From the NCBI GenBank assembly GCA_029717555.1, contig JAMDHS010000048.1, positions 124,001 through 172,872 of the forward strand: DNA of 48,872 nt, written 5' to 3'. Of the stretch, positions 1 to 12,100 are shown one piece after another (the first letter of the stretch is position 1; each line of letters opens with the position of its first letter). The notes under the pieces were generated by a model, which saw only the letters and a list, made by a program, of their open reading frames with translations, did not search any database and was not told the DNA's origin. The stretch is from Peribolospora baueri (taxonomy: Eukaryota). A program made the position numbers and the translations under genes.

Positions 1-424
1 TGCGGTGCTTCCCGTCCGACCTAACTTCCGTCGTCGCGCGTTCGCGCCTTCCACCGCCAAAGCTCGTAGCGCTCATCTCGAATGTCCCGAAGCAGCGGCG
101 TCAGCGTCAGCGTGCTGCCTCGCTACCGAGAGTGGACAAAGCTGCCGTAGTCTAGGTTAGGACAGCTGACGTGCCCGACACCGTCACTAGCGTGCGCAGG
201 CGTCCACACGCCGACCGTGTCCAATTTGACCACCGGAGCTGGTCTTCCTCCATTCCTCATATCTTCCTCCTCCTTCAGATCTTCCAACCGCTGTGAACAA
301 CCTTCTTGACCCTCCTTTCTGTGTTTCATACCACATCCCATATCCCCCATATCTCAGAGACACTCGTTGCTCCTTTCTTTTCATTTGTCTACTTTCTCCC
401 TACCAGAGTTCGACACTTTGAACC

Positions 425-3046
425 ATGGCAGCTCTCAGCCCTCCCCGACCTTCAGTCCCCGTCAAGCCTCACTACCCGGGCTCCGGACCTCGGGCCAGCA
501 GCAAGAGCGCCACACAGGCTGAACAAAGGTCTGGCCCCTTTGCCTTCTGGTCGGGCAAGCGAAAGGAGCAGGCGGAGGTCGGTTTGAACTGGATCGCTTT
601 CCTGATCCCGTATTTCGTGGCTAAATGCTCCTTCTTTCTGCTTTCCTTGCTTCCTGCCACCGGTACTGCCCGCGCTCAGAAGACTCCGTCCCGTCCTATT
701 CCAGGGTTCAAACCTCGTCGAGCCATCGACCCAGTTGTGCACCTCTCCACTCGTCCTCCACCAGCCGGGCCACCTCCTACCTCGCACCAGAGCACCTTTC
801 CGAAACCAAGCGCTCTCTCTCATATTTTTAGCATTTTTGCCACGCCAAAGCGGGGAAGTAAACCCGTCGGCAAGTCTGGTCGCCGTTCAGAGGCCAAACA
901 TGTCAACGAGGCCGATACAGGGCGCGTGGCGGTCATTGCGAAAGAGGTCGTGCCGAATGGGACAACCCGGCGTCGACCCAGGGCCAACTCTGCACCAGCT
1001 GCTACTCGCGGATATGTGAAGAAAGTCAGCGAGAATCACCTGTCTCCGCTACCGGTACCTTCACTTTCTGTCACGTCAGCTCAAGGAGAAGGTCGATCGT
1101 CCGTTTCTCGCCCTCGGCACCCTTCTTTCCCTCGTCCACACATACCCTCCCTCGCCGTCCATACTCGGACGCCCAAAGTCTCCCTCGCTCGTGCGACTAA
1201 ATCAGCAACGTCCCGTTTCCTCCACTTGCATCATCGCGATGCGGACTCGCGACGAGGAGGAGGTCTCTGGGGAACGAGGCAGAAGCACAGCAGCGTTGAC
1301 AGCTTTATGTGTAAGGGCATCGAGAGGGGGTTCAAATCCCCCGACCGCGCCGGATGGAGCTACGGACCCGCCGCGCGCTCTAATGGAATCGGGATTTCCG
1401 GCCAGACCAACCACGTCGAGAAGCGCCTGCCGCGGTGCGCTCAAGGCACTCTTTTTCCTGGCAAGGCAACCGAAGCCGCTACCCGTCCACGACTGCCATC
1501 GACTGCCAATGCATCGGCGCCAGGACGTGACGTGCAAAAGGATCGCGCGCCGTCCCTGGCGTCCTCGCGCACTCTACAGGAGCATCCTGCTCAAGTCTTC
1601 ATCTCAAGGGTGCCGTCGTCGTCCGAGCGCATACATGCTCGAGAGACCCAAGAAAGCCAGAGCTTTCCCCAGGTCCATCGTGCTTCCATTCCGAGCTCGA
1701 CCTTGCCAGATTCGCTTTCTCGGATGGTGACCACGGCGAGCCCCGGCGCGCGCCCCACCAATCACCGCCGGGGCGGCCGTCACGTCACGGCGGGCGAGTT
1801 GGCTGTCTTAGGACTCGTCCCCTCCTCTCCCAGGCCGTCGTCCCGCTTTCGCTCTTCGTCGCCTGCTTGTCTCTCGCCGGCGAAGTTGAACTCCGGCTCC
1901 AACGTTCCGCCACCCGTAGACTTCACAGTGAAGAAGGAGCAATGCACGCCTCCTAGTCGCGCCTGTAGGGAGCGGCGTGTCCGTGAGAAGAAGAGAGCAG
2001 GAGTAATCCTCTCCGGCCTAGGTATCCACGGAATCCCTCTCGAGGCCCTCGCCGACACGCACATGGGCACCCGGCACGGTCAGGTCTATCCGAAAGGCCG
2101 TACGTCGCTTGCTGTTTTGGAACGGAGCTACGAGGCCGACGGTCGGACGGAACGAGCACACAGGACCTTCCGAAACGAGGGCTGTACGGGTAACGCCTCT
2201 CGATTTTCTGCGGTCCTCCATCCTCATCCATCCCATTTCCAACGTCCTCCCCCTTCGTCTTCGCTATCCGGGACGTCTGCACGTTCCCAGTGCTCCGGCA
2301 CGAGCGGCACCTCGGACCTGGCTCCTTCGCGCCCCTCATCCTCATCCTCATCCTCAGAAACTCTCGTCTCTGCGCTTAGCTCGTCGGACAGTTGCTCCAC
2401 AGCGCCGTCATCGGTCGAGGCGTCGTCTCGACACGTAGACGTCGCCGTCGCCGTCGCTGGCGCCGTCGCGTCTCGCGAGAGTAAGAGTGGACAGGGGACG
2501 GCGCGCCCGTTGAGGAAGATTGCTTCAGTAGAAGGCGGTGTGGGGTCGCTCGGGTCCGCCATCCAGCCGTACTGTCCGCTCGACGAGGGGGGAGCTAGCA
2601 CGCTTGAAAAGGTCGCCGAAGATGGACGAATTGGACGATCCAGCTCCTCACGTCTGAGGAGAGGCGCACTCACTGTGCGGCCGCCTCATGACCAGCACCC
2701 GCCACCAGCTCCAAAGATCCCGCAAGGGCCTCTCCCTGGCCGGAGGGACCGTTCGCACTCGCCAGCCTCGGTAGCGGACGGGCCCACTCGTCCACCTTGT
2801 GCTCAGCACGCACATCCGTATCGTCACCGTCGCGCAGACCGACAGCGAGGTGTAGTCGAGGAGCGCTACGAAGACGACGGCGACACCGGTGACCGGCGCC
2901 ACCATGACGTCGATCGAACGACGAGGGCGAGAATGAGGAAGTTGCAACAAGTCGATCAGGGTCCTTGCGGAAAGAGGAGGCATGGACAGCTCATCTTTGA
3001 GCCTGGCGGAGAAAGTGTTCTCGCTTGTGCTGGTGATCGAGGGTAA
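425..3046 (+). CDS. Hypothetical Ser/Pro/Arg-rich low-complexity protein (873 aa ORF; probably ~839 aa after removing a 102-nt intron at 578-679)
   Basis: Long ATG-initiated ORF (aaccATGg context) preceded by a CT-rich tract. Likely intron GAG|gtcggt...ctcag|AAG at 578-679. No recognisable domain. Confidence 0.6.
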   Translation: MAALSPPRPSVPVKPHYPGSGPRASSKSATQAEQRSGPFAFWSGKRKEQAEVGLNWIAFLIPYFVAKCSFFLLSLLPATGTARAQKTPSRPIPGFKPRRAIDPVVHLSTRPPPAGPPPTSHQSTFPKPSALSHIFSIFATPKRGSKPVGKSGRRSEAKHVNEADTGRVAVIAKEVVPNGTTRRRPRANSAPAATRGYVKKVSENHLSPLPVPSLSVTSAQGEGRSSVSRPRHPSFPRPHIPSLAVHTRTPKVSLARATKSATSRFLHLHHRDADSRRGGGLWGTRQKHSSVDSFMCKGIERGFKSPDRAGWSYGPAARSNGIGISGQTNHVEKRLPRCAQGTLFPGKATEAATRPRLPSTANASAPGRDVQKDRAPSLASSRTLQEHPAQVFISRVPSSSERIHARETQESQSFPQVHRASIPSSTLPDSLSRMVTTASPGARPTNHRRGGRHVTAGELAVLGLVPSSPRPSSRFRSSSPACLSPAKLNSGSNVPPPVDFTVKKEQCTPPSRACRERRVREKKRAGVILSGLGIHGIPLEALADTHMGTRHGQVYPKGRTSLAVLERSYEADGRTERAHRTFRNEGCTGNASRFSAVLHPHPSHFQRPPPSSSLSGTSARSQCSGTSGTSDLAPSRPSSSSSSSETLVSALSSSDSCSTAPSSVEASSRHVDVAVAVAGAVASRESKSGQGTARPLRKIASVEGGVGSLGSAIQPYCPLDEGGASTLEKVAEDGRIGRSSSSRLRRGALTVRPPHDQHPPPAPKIPQGPLPGRRDRSHSPASVADGPTRPPCAQHAHPYRHRRADRQRGVVEERYEDDGDTGDRRHHDVDRTTRARMRKLQQVDQGPCGKRRHGQLIFEPGGESVLACAGDRG

Positions 3047-3699
3047 CGGCGCAGGAACGGAATGAGTGGATGCAAAGTGACGTGCAGTAGACTAGGATGA
3101 CTTGGCTCTGACGGGATCACTGGATTCGGACGACACTGCGTAGACCTTCGCCGTTGCCGTCCGTGTTGCCGTGGTTGTTGCCAGTCGTTGCCAGTCGTTG
3201 CCGGTCATCTCCATTCGTCGCCAGTCGTCGCCAACGTCGCGGCCGCCGTTGTCGTCATCACGCTGCTGTTCTGCTGTCCGCTGCGACTCGGCGCCGCGAC
3301 TTAACCTCCTTCTCTTCTCTTCTCTTCTCTTCTCCGTCCACCTGACGCAGTGCTGCGGCCTGGCTGCCGCGCCGAGACGGACAGCTGGGATGGCATGATT
3401 CATTACAGTAGCTAGGAACGCGGCGAGCCAAGACAGGAACGCAACGGGACAAGACGACAACGAACGTGTCTGGTCAGCCTGTGGGGCTGTGTGTAGTCTG
3501 TGTTGTATCGCCAAGGTCCGCGTCGCCTCGCCGCTCTTCTTCTCCCCCGCTCTTTCCCTCCGATCTTCAAAATTACCGCTGCCCACCCAAGCCGCTGTCC
3601 GTCGTCGCCGATACCCTCATATACCCTCTCTCGCCACATGCCACCCCCCGATCGCTCCCGGCCTTCCACCTCTCATCCACGACCGGAACGCGCACCGAC

Positions 3700-5256
3700 A
3701 TGCGCCTCCTCAGCCCTTCACCTGACAATCAGACCTGGCTCTACTATGGGTGCCCCTACACCGTGAGGTGGTCTGGCGGGGTGAGCGGCCTCCCACGTCT
3801 CTCCCTCTCTTTCCTTCCTTCGCTCTCGTCTCCTCCCGGCGAGAGACGAGACGTAACGTCCCTTCCTTTACGAATCGCTTGGGAGGCGAAGAGCCCTCTA
3901 TTCGTCCGTTGACCAGCGCTACCCTCCGTTTTCGCTGCCTCCTTCCGTCTCTTCTACCTCTCGCACCTTCCCAGGTCCCCCCCTTCAGAGCGACCTATAC
4001 CCTCTTGACCTCACAAGGCATACTTAACACCTCGTTGCCGACGGCCTCCTTCTTCTCCCTCCCGCAAGACGCAGGAAAGGTCACATTCACCGATCCCAAC
4101 AACCCCACCGTGCCACCTACGACATCCTCTTCTCCCTCTTCTTCTGGTCAGATCGATGCGGCGGACTCTGGCTCGTCTTATGGATTCGAGTGGCTCGTCG
4201 GCCTCAATCCTGGCACGCAGCTCGTCATCAATGTTAAGGGCGCCGGAGTGCTCAACGGTGAGCGTGTCAGACCACCTATCCTACGGCATGGTGCCGCTAC
4301 CCTTTTCACTTCTAACAGCTCACTTGCCGCATCTTTGCCATTCGTGCCGCCCCAGGTACCTCGAACGAATCCTTTCTCGTCCCGCCCGACCAGCCCACCC
4401 AGGTCCTCACCGTCCGAGTTCCCTACGGCAGGTGTCCCGCCACCATGTGAGTCTCCAGTCGTCTCCTCCGACCCCTGCCATATTTCTTCCGCCTTTGGCT
4501 TCCTTTGTTTCCCGCGGGAACACCCAGTCTCCATGAGTATGGACATGTCGCGTCACGTCGAGTCGAGTTGCGTCGCCTTGACCGGGACATGCTTTTTCCT
4601 TCTTCCGTCCCCTGTCGCGCAGCACGAGCAACCTCACAGGCAAGGTCTTCTCCATCGTCTTCGCCGGCGTCGCTTTCGTCTTCGTCCTCCTTGCATCAAT
4701 ACAAGCTTACTGGGCCGGACGACGGCGGCATCCCTGCCTCCCGCGCGCACACCGGGTCTATGTCCGACATTGCCCTTCCGATCGCTTAAGGAGGCTTGCC
4801 TCCTCGTTCACGGCCTTGGGCCCTGGAAGCAGACGGTCCAGATGGGACGAAGCGGGCAGTAGTCTCTACGCCAACGACGGAAAACTCGCCGGAGACAGGA
4901 AGCGGGACGCGTCTTCTTTCTCCTCCTCGCCTCTTCGCATGCCCGTATCGAACGCGGAGCCAGTCGCCGTCGCCATCGGCGGAGAGTACGTCGGCGTACA
5001 AGAAGACCCCTCCGCTGCTGCTCCTGCTCCGGAAAGCCAGACGCATCGCATACCGACGACGGTCGGGTCGACCGTGCTCGCGTCGCCGCCGTCTCTGTCG
5101 TCGGCTTCGTTGTCCGCGGGCTCGCGTTCGTCCCAGTTCGCCAATTTTAGCAGGCCGAACTATGGGCTTGGGGTTGTCATGGATGGGGAGGAGGAGGAGA
5201 ATGGAAAGGAGAATATGGAGGTCGAGGGTGAGAAGTTGGCAGGCAGTGGGTATTGA
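3700..5256 (+). CDS. Four-exon predicted single-pass membrane protein, ~362 aa, unknown function
   Basis: Exons 3700-3780, 3975-4257, 4356-4446 and 4623-5256 join in frame through GTGAG donors and CAG acceptors. Translation: MRLLSPSPDNQTWLYYGCPYTVRWSGG|VPPFRATY...GVLN|GTSNESFLV...GRCPAT|ITSNLTGKVFSIVFAGVAFVFVLLASIQAYWAGRRRH..., a hydrophobic helix followed by basic residues. The start codon is uncertain. Confidence 0.7.
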
Positions 5257-5893
5257 AGGAGATCTGGCCTCGGGCCTCGGACTCGAGTTCATGGACGTCG
5301 GAGACAATGGAAGGCAATCGCGAGCGGCAGAGCGGCAGCAAGGCGATCGTTTTGCTTGCGGTGATTCTTGGCCGCCACCGTCTCGGGTTTACGTCGCACA
5401 TCGGTCATCGTGCGACGCCGATCCTCCGTTGCCTCCCCTAACCACAATATCCTCGTGTTTCTAGCCCCGCCCCTCCCTCTTCCCCGCCGCCTTTTCCATC
5501 TCCCTCATCTCCCATCTTTTCCCTTCGCTGTAACCTAAGTCTCAGACTTCGCTCGTTTCGTTTCGCAACCCGTGTTCCCTCCAGTCCCTACCGTCGGTCC
5601 GTTCGTTTTATCTTCCCCTCCTATATTCCAAACTGTACTCGATCGCCTTTCACCCGTCTCCGTCACCAATCCGTTCGATAGGAAGCTGTACTATACCGTT
5701 TCAGGGCATCCTCCTGTGAACCGCCTGAATCATCAAATCGAGGGTCCGACCGGCGACGGCTCTCATCAGATTCGCCTGTCTTCGTTCGTCGACACTGCCG
5801 ATGCGCCTCTGTGGACACGTGAATTAGCCCACTTCTGATGGGCCGAACAAAGAGACGAGCGGATGGGCCGACGAACGCTCGCGTTGGCGTTGC

Positions 5894-7943
5894 TTAAAGT
5901 TTCATGTCCGCCTCATCGTAGCTCTCCTTGATCAAACTGCATTCAAGTCGCGATGCAGAAGGCGAGTGTCAGCGATGGAGTTTGGTGACCGTTGCCTCCG
6001 CGGCCGATCAGATCCGAAGCGCAAGTGGAATGCAAGATGGACACTGTCGGATGGACAAACTCACCGATAGATGTAGCTTGGCGGGTGCTCGCCGCTGATG
6101 CAAAAACCACAAGACGTCCATAATCAGCGCGCGCTCAGCCCCCCCCCCCCCCCAAAAGTCTGTCCCTTAGCGCCGTGCATCACTCACAGGTTCGTGATGA
6201 ACACGTCCACAAGGTCAGGCCTCACGTAGTCCCACTCCGGATTTAACGTCTGCACCGTGCGCACGAGCTCCGCTTCGTCGAACCTCATGATCGAGCTCGG
6301 CCCGCCCAGCTCGACCGCCCCTTCATTGCCGCCTCCTCCGCGCCCCACCCACCCCCACTCGGGGCACACCTTGAACTGTCCAGCCACAACGACGACGGGC
6401 GTGCAGTGCGCCCGAGCGGCGACCGCGGCCGGCAAGGAGCCGGCAAACGAGAGCAAACCGCCATTGGCGAGGATGCTGTGCGTGCCCAGGAGCACCTTGG
6501 AGACGCGCGGCATCACGGCGAACAAGCTCGAGTCCGGCACCAGCAACGTCCGGATGCCCGCGGCGTGCAGAGAACGGGCAGTCTGGACGCCCGTGTACGA
6601 AGGCGCCGTCTCTGCTACCACCACCGTAAAGTCGCGGTCTTTCTTCGCCGCCTTGAGGAAGCTCTCCACGGTGCGCGATCGGCCAAGGGTTAGGATGATC
6701 TCTCTGGTGAGGTCGACAAGGACGAGCGGAGATCATCATCAGCGCAACGTTCGTAGCGGCACGGGCGAGCGACATTCGCACTTACCCCGAATGGACATGA
6801 TCCTTGGCGTTCCTAGCGACGTTGAAGTACACCGTCTCGAGCTCGTCAATCAGCTCCTGGATCGCCTGGATGAGCAAAGGCTTGAGCTCGTGCACGGCCG
6901 CCAAACCGCTCTTTTTCTCCAGTCCCTTTCCCGTCTTTCCTCCTGCCTTTTCCATCACGTCCTCTTCACCCTCGTCCTCCTCGCCGCCCTCGTCCTCATC
7001 CTCCTCATCCCCCGCTTCTGCCTCATTCTCCTCGGCGACCTTCCCAAGCGAAACCGATCCCTGTGTTCCAGCGAAATTGCCAAAAGAAAAGCCTGACACT
7101 ATCGCAGAGCTCGGCGTGGTGGCAGCTGATGACGAAGTACCAGCGCCGGCAGAGACGAGGTCTCCGATGCTGAAACTCGAGAAGCTGTAGCTTCTCTCCT
7201 GCATTGGCCGCGGGGAGGGCCGTCTCGCGAGTGGAAAGGCGTCACTGGACGTCGCTTCCGTCGAAGGGGGAACCGCTGGCGCGGGAGAGGCGGCGGCAGA
7301 AGCGGAACCATCAGAAGAAAAGGGAAGAGAAACCTCGAGTTTGGAAAAGTTGTCAGAAAGAGAGATGACTGTTGGAGGGGCAGATGAGGAAGACACGGGT
7401 AACTCGGCAGCGCGAGCCTCTTCGCGGAGGAGGTGAAGAACTCGGCGGACGATGTTGGCAACCGTTTGTTCTGAGACGATCGATGGGGAGGACGAGGTAT
7501 CACTACAAGAGATTAGAACACCCACGGCGGAAAGGACCAGCACCTCTTCGATACTCCACACTTACCAAGCGGCTGAGCCTCCTGCAGTCGTCTCCCCACA
7601 GACTTCACCTGCTGGGCCAATTCGTCCGCCGACGAGAATCGAGCGCCGGAGACAACGACACGCAAGACGCGAGCCGTCTCCGACGCTACTGCGTAAGCGC
7701 CTATGATTTGTCTGTTTTGAAGGGAAAACGTGCAGAATGATTTCGAGAAGACAACAAAAATGCAGAGGGGTAGGACATTCAGAATCGAGAGACATAGGCT
7801 TATAGACGTAGACGGCGGAGGAAAAACGTCCCGGCTGACCTCCGTCGAAGCTTTGCGGCGAATGCCTCAACATGGCGGATGGCGCCCTTGTCGCGCACCA
7901 GATCAGTGTACGAGGGCAAAGAGGCCGTCGTTTTGCCTGGCAT
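5894..7943 (-). CDS. GCD7: Translation initiation factor eIF2B beta subunit (~507 aa, 6 exons)
   Basis: Exons 7943-7840, 7711-7566, 7470-6786, 6703-6188, 6094-6065 and 5936-5894 are all phase-consistent. Motifs match the IF-2B family beta subunit: [120 protein letters not shown]. Confidence 0.93.
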
Positions 7944-9104
7944 GATGGTGCCGCGGCGCTGGGACAGACGGGCTTAAAGAAAGGATGGTAATGTGCCAAG
8001 ATGGAGGCAGACGAAGTGCGGGTGACCATCCATCTGGCCAAGGTGGGTGCCGGAAACTCGACTCTTGTCTGATCGCCGCTTATGACCGACGTGGCCGACA
8101 ATGTCGTGCCACGTGGCAAAATGGAAAAGCGTGGGCGGAGAGTCAGCGGGGGATTACACCTCATCCAGGACGCCGACTCCTCCTGGCACCAGGATGGCAC
8201 CGTTGGCGGTGCACAACAGCACCGGCCGTCGGGCTGTGCGGGGTGCGGGGTGGAGCTTGGGCGTGGTGAGCATGTGCTGCAGACCTTCCCCAGTTGCCAT
8301 CCATGACGTCGTTCACAAAGAGGTCGGACGGCGCAGCCGTCGCCGCAACGCCAGCTACGAGTACGAGAACGGCGGATGGATGGATGGGATGGATGACGCT
8401 CGCTCAGACAGACTGACTGACACGGTTATTGGAGATGGATGGATGTACTACGGGATTGCAGGCGCTATGGAGAAGAATTATGAATGCCGTCCTCCTTGGC
8501 ACGGCGTGTCAAACAGAAACTGGCACCGCCTCGAAGACCCGAGGGTGCCCAAGGAGGGTCGGGGCGTAATGGAGAGAGGAGGGGAGGAGGAAGATAGGAG
8601 AGGAGAGGAGAGGAGGGAAAATTGCTGGTATACAAGAAGATGCAGGGGCGAAGACGGATGATACGGGACGAGACGGGGCTGAAAGGAGAGATCGGGCGTG
8701 GCCAAAAGGCACGTTAGAGGTGGGGCGGGGGGGATGCGTAACGGGGGATGCAGGTAGATAAAATGGCAATCGAAGCTGAGTCCGGGAGCTAACAATGGGG
8801 AGAAGGTGGTAGAAAGGGGAGAGGAGACAGTATTCAGGAGACGTGGTGACGAGTCGATTCGAGAGGAGGCAAGAGTCGAGAAGAACATGCGCAAAGGCGT
8901 GAGCACGAGTTGAGTGAGCTCGGTCCTCTCCCGCCTTGGCCAAGCGTTGGTGGCGTCCATCGAAATGTGAACGGGTTGTGGCGGCGCTGAGTCCTGGTCA
9001 TGAACGTGTTCGTGTGTCGAGGTCATTACGAGACGATGGACGGACGAAGAAAATGTTCGGATCGAACGTATGGACGCGGCTGAGTAGGTAGCTGGGATGG
9101 AGTA

Positions 9105-12100
9105 TCACTGCGATTTCTTCCTACCGCCGAGACCAAAGGCGGGAGGCGACATCGAAGGTGAGGTCGTCAACCCGGGGATTGCGGTGAGCCTGTTCAAGTT
9201 GGCGAAGAGTCGATGGCTACCCTTCTTCCTCCTCACCGCCGCCGCCGCCGCTTGCGCGTAACCGTCGTCCGGATCGCCGGCCGGAAGGCCCGTCGTCAGG
9301 ATCTGTGCAGACTCCGCGGCCCTTTGCGTCGGAAGCGGGTGGGGTCGCTCTGCGGCGATGTGCACGGGCTCGCTCGCCGACACGTCCATATACACGCTAC
9401 CAGAACAACCGTGTCTAAAGCCCTTGGACGCCGGAGCTGGCTGGTTCGAGGGGACATCGCCACAGTCGACCTTAGCAGCCGCTTTAGTTGGCGAGCTGGG
9501 GTTTGACGACGACGATAAAGGAAGTCCACGCTTCGGCATTGGCGGCGACCGCTCTGGAGGAGCATGTCGCCCGTTCGTCTCTCGCTCTTCTCGGGGCGTC
9601 GCCGAAATCGTGGAGAGTCGGCGCTGAAACCAACCGGCGGGGGGTTGACCGAGCGACTTGTGCCTCAGCAAGCCACTGAGCGAACGAACCGGCGTCATCT
9701 CCGGCGAAGGGGATTCGGTCCGGGCCGGACGTCGCGGAGAAGATTCCTCCACCGCTTCCGCTGTCGAAGCCGCCGCCGCCACCGCCGCCGCGATGGGCTG
9801 CTGACCGTTCGGTCGTTGCTGTCGCGCCTGCCGTTCGCCGCCGTCGACGGCCTGACTCACACGGGGCACGCTACGGCTACGATTGGCTCTCAGCGAAGTC
9901 GACAAGGCCCGACGGAAAGACTCGGTACGAGTGAGACCACCGCCGTTGTGGACGGCGGTCACCGAATTGGACCTGTTCAAGTCGCGGTTCGGCGGCGGCC
10001 CAGGCGTCTCGCTGCCGCCATACAGGCGACGCTCGTGCGGATGAGCCCCCCCAACAGGCATCACATGGGGAGCGATGGGCTCGTTGGCCGGCCAACCTCG
10101 GTCCAAAGTGAATGGCGAAGCGAGCGCCGCGTTGGAGCGCGTCCGCCGGCGGGTGCCGAAGAGGGAGGACCAGGGTTGCTGGCTGCTGCTGCCATGAGCG
10201 TCATTCTGCGTCGCTTGAACAGGGATCCTCGTCGTTCCAGTTGGCGCCACATACGGGCTGTCCGAGCCGCCGATGGCATAGTTGCCGAAGAATGCATCAG
10301 GTGAGGAGGCGGAATTGGACCTGCTGTGCGTCACCGAGGCGCTGTGAGGCTCAACGACGATCCTGTGAGAGCCATCGTCGCCGGATGGATGCAGCAGGTC
10401 CAAGGCGCTCCTGCGCCTCTGCAGTTTCACCGTCTGGACGCTGGACAACTTCATCTTGGACCCGATCGATGGGGCACTCGTCTGCCACGTCGTACTGCAC
10501 GACTCCGTGACGGAGCCAGTGTCTACAGAGTTGCGCGCGGCGAGACAAGCATCCGAGAAGACGTCCTGGAGACCGCGGTCGACGACGGTTCGTTGAGAGG
10601 CGGAGGCGTGCCGGATGACGATGTTGGACACGGGCGCCTGGTCCGGCCCGGCCTCGACGGTGACACTCTCGCTGAAGAACGTCCACAGGGGATCCACGGG
10701 AGAGGGCGTTTCCACGGGGGACGAGCCCGGTTCGTGGACGTATCCCATACCGGACAGCAGCGGCGGAAGCCGATCCATGTCGGCGGACACAGCCGGCACA
10801 GAGTTGCGCTTGAAGGAAAGCGACCTGCGCAGCGACGGCTCCATCAGTTCCTCCACCGGCGCCGACATCCGACGCGTCTGGGCTGCGAAGCTGGAATTGC
10901 GCGAAGGGCCGTGGATCGCCTCGACACCCATGAGGCCGGTTCCGTTCCACGACACGCGTGCCTTCCCGAGGGCGATCTGAATGTGCTCCACCCAAACGTC
11001 ACGCTCCTTCGAGTTGGCGGCAGCGAACTCGAAGTGGTGATCGAGATGGGAAAGCCGGAAGGAGTAGGGCAAGAGGCCATCGCCGTTGGAAAGGTTGGAA
11101 AGCTCAAAGAAGGCAAGCGGGAACCAGTGGCGGCTCTCGAACGACTTGGACTTGCGCACCTTGACCATGAGGAGGAAGGTGGAGTAGAGGAAGCAGCCGT
11201 AGTATTTGAACCTGAGCGGTGCGACGAGTGGCGCCGAGCGGACGTTGTGATAGAGCACGTCCAAGCTTCCCGCAAGGACGCAATCGCCGAGACCCTCGAG
11301 GAAAGCGGTGGGCAGGCCCGGGTTCGGCTCGAGTCGCTCGAGGATGGTGGCGGAGCGGATCTGCTGTTCACGCTCTCGCTTCGCCCCGTCCACGCGATCG
11401 GCCACGCCCTTCATCGCCTCCACCGCCATCTCCAGATCGCCCAGACCGTTGTCCGACACCCAACCATGCGAGCGGGCTGTGTGGTAATCAAGCTCGACAA
11501 AGTCTGGCGTGTTCGTGAGCAGCGATTGGAGCACGAGCGGGTACAAGCAGAGACGTTGAATGGGCTTAATCAGATAGTCGCGCAGATGCAATTTCGACGC
11601 CGGACCGTGTCGAGCCTTGGCCGTCGGACCGCCGCGGGGCGAGGAAGGGATGGAGACGGGGAGCCTCTGCTTCGAAGCCGGAGGCGTGGGCGGATGGACG
11701 GTCGTGGGGGAGACAGGCAAGAGAGGCTCGGGACCGGCGTCGGTGCGCTGCGCGGCCTGGATGACGGTAGCGCAATGCCGCTCGAAGACGTCCCAGTCCG
11801 ACTGCCTGCTTTCGGCCTCTCGCAAGATGGCGAGCGCCTCGTTGTGCTTTGCGCAGAACTCGTCGTAGAGCGCGTACGATCTGGCCTCTTCGACGAACCG
11901 CCTGGCAACCTTGGCCACAGCCGTGTCGGCCTTGCCCGGGTGGCATTGGATCATGGTGGGAGGTTCGGAGGTGAATTGCGAGAGGTCGTATTCGTCGAGA
12001 ATGCGCGAAAAGTCGTCCGCCAGCCGCTGATGGAGGTCGACGAGCGAATGAGCGTTGCGAGCCAGGATGGCCAGCTTCGTAGGATGCTCGATGAAGAACG

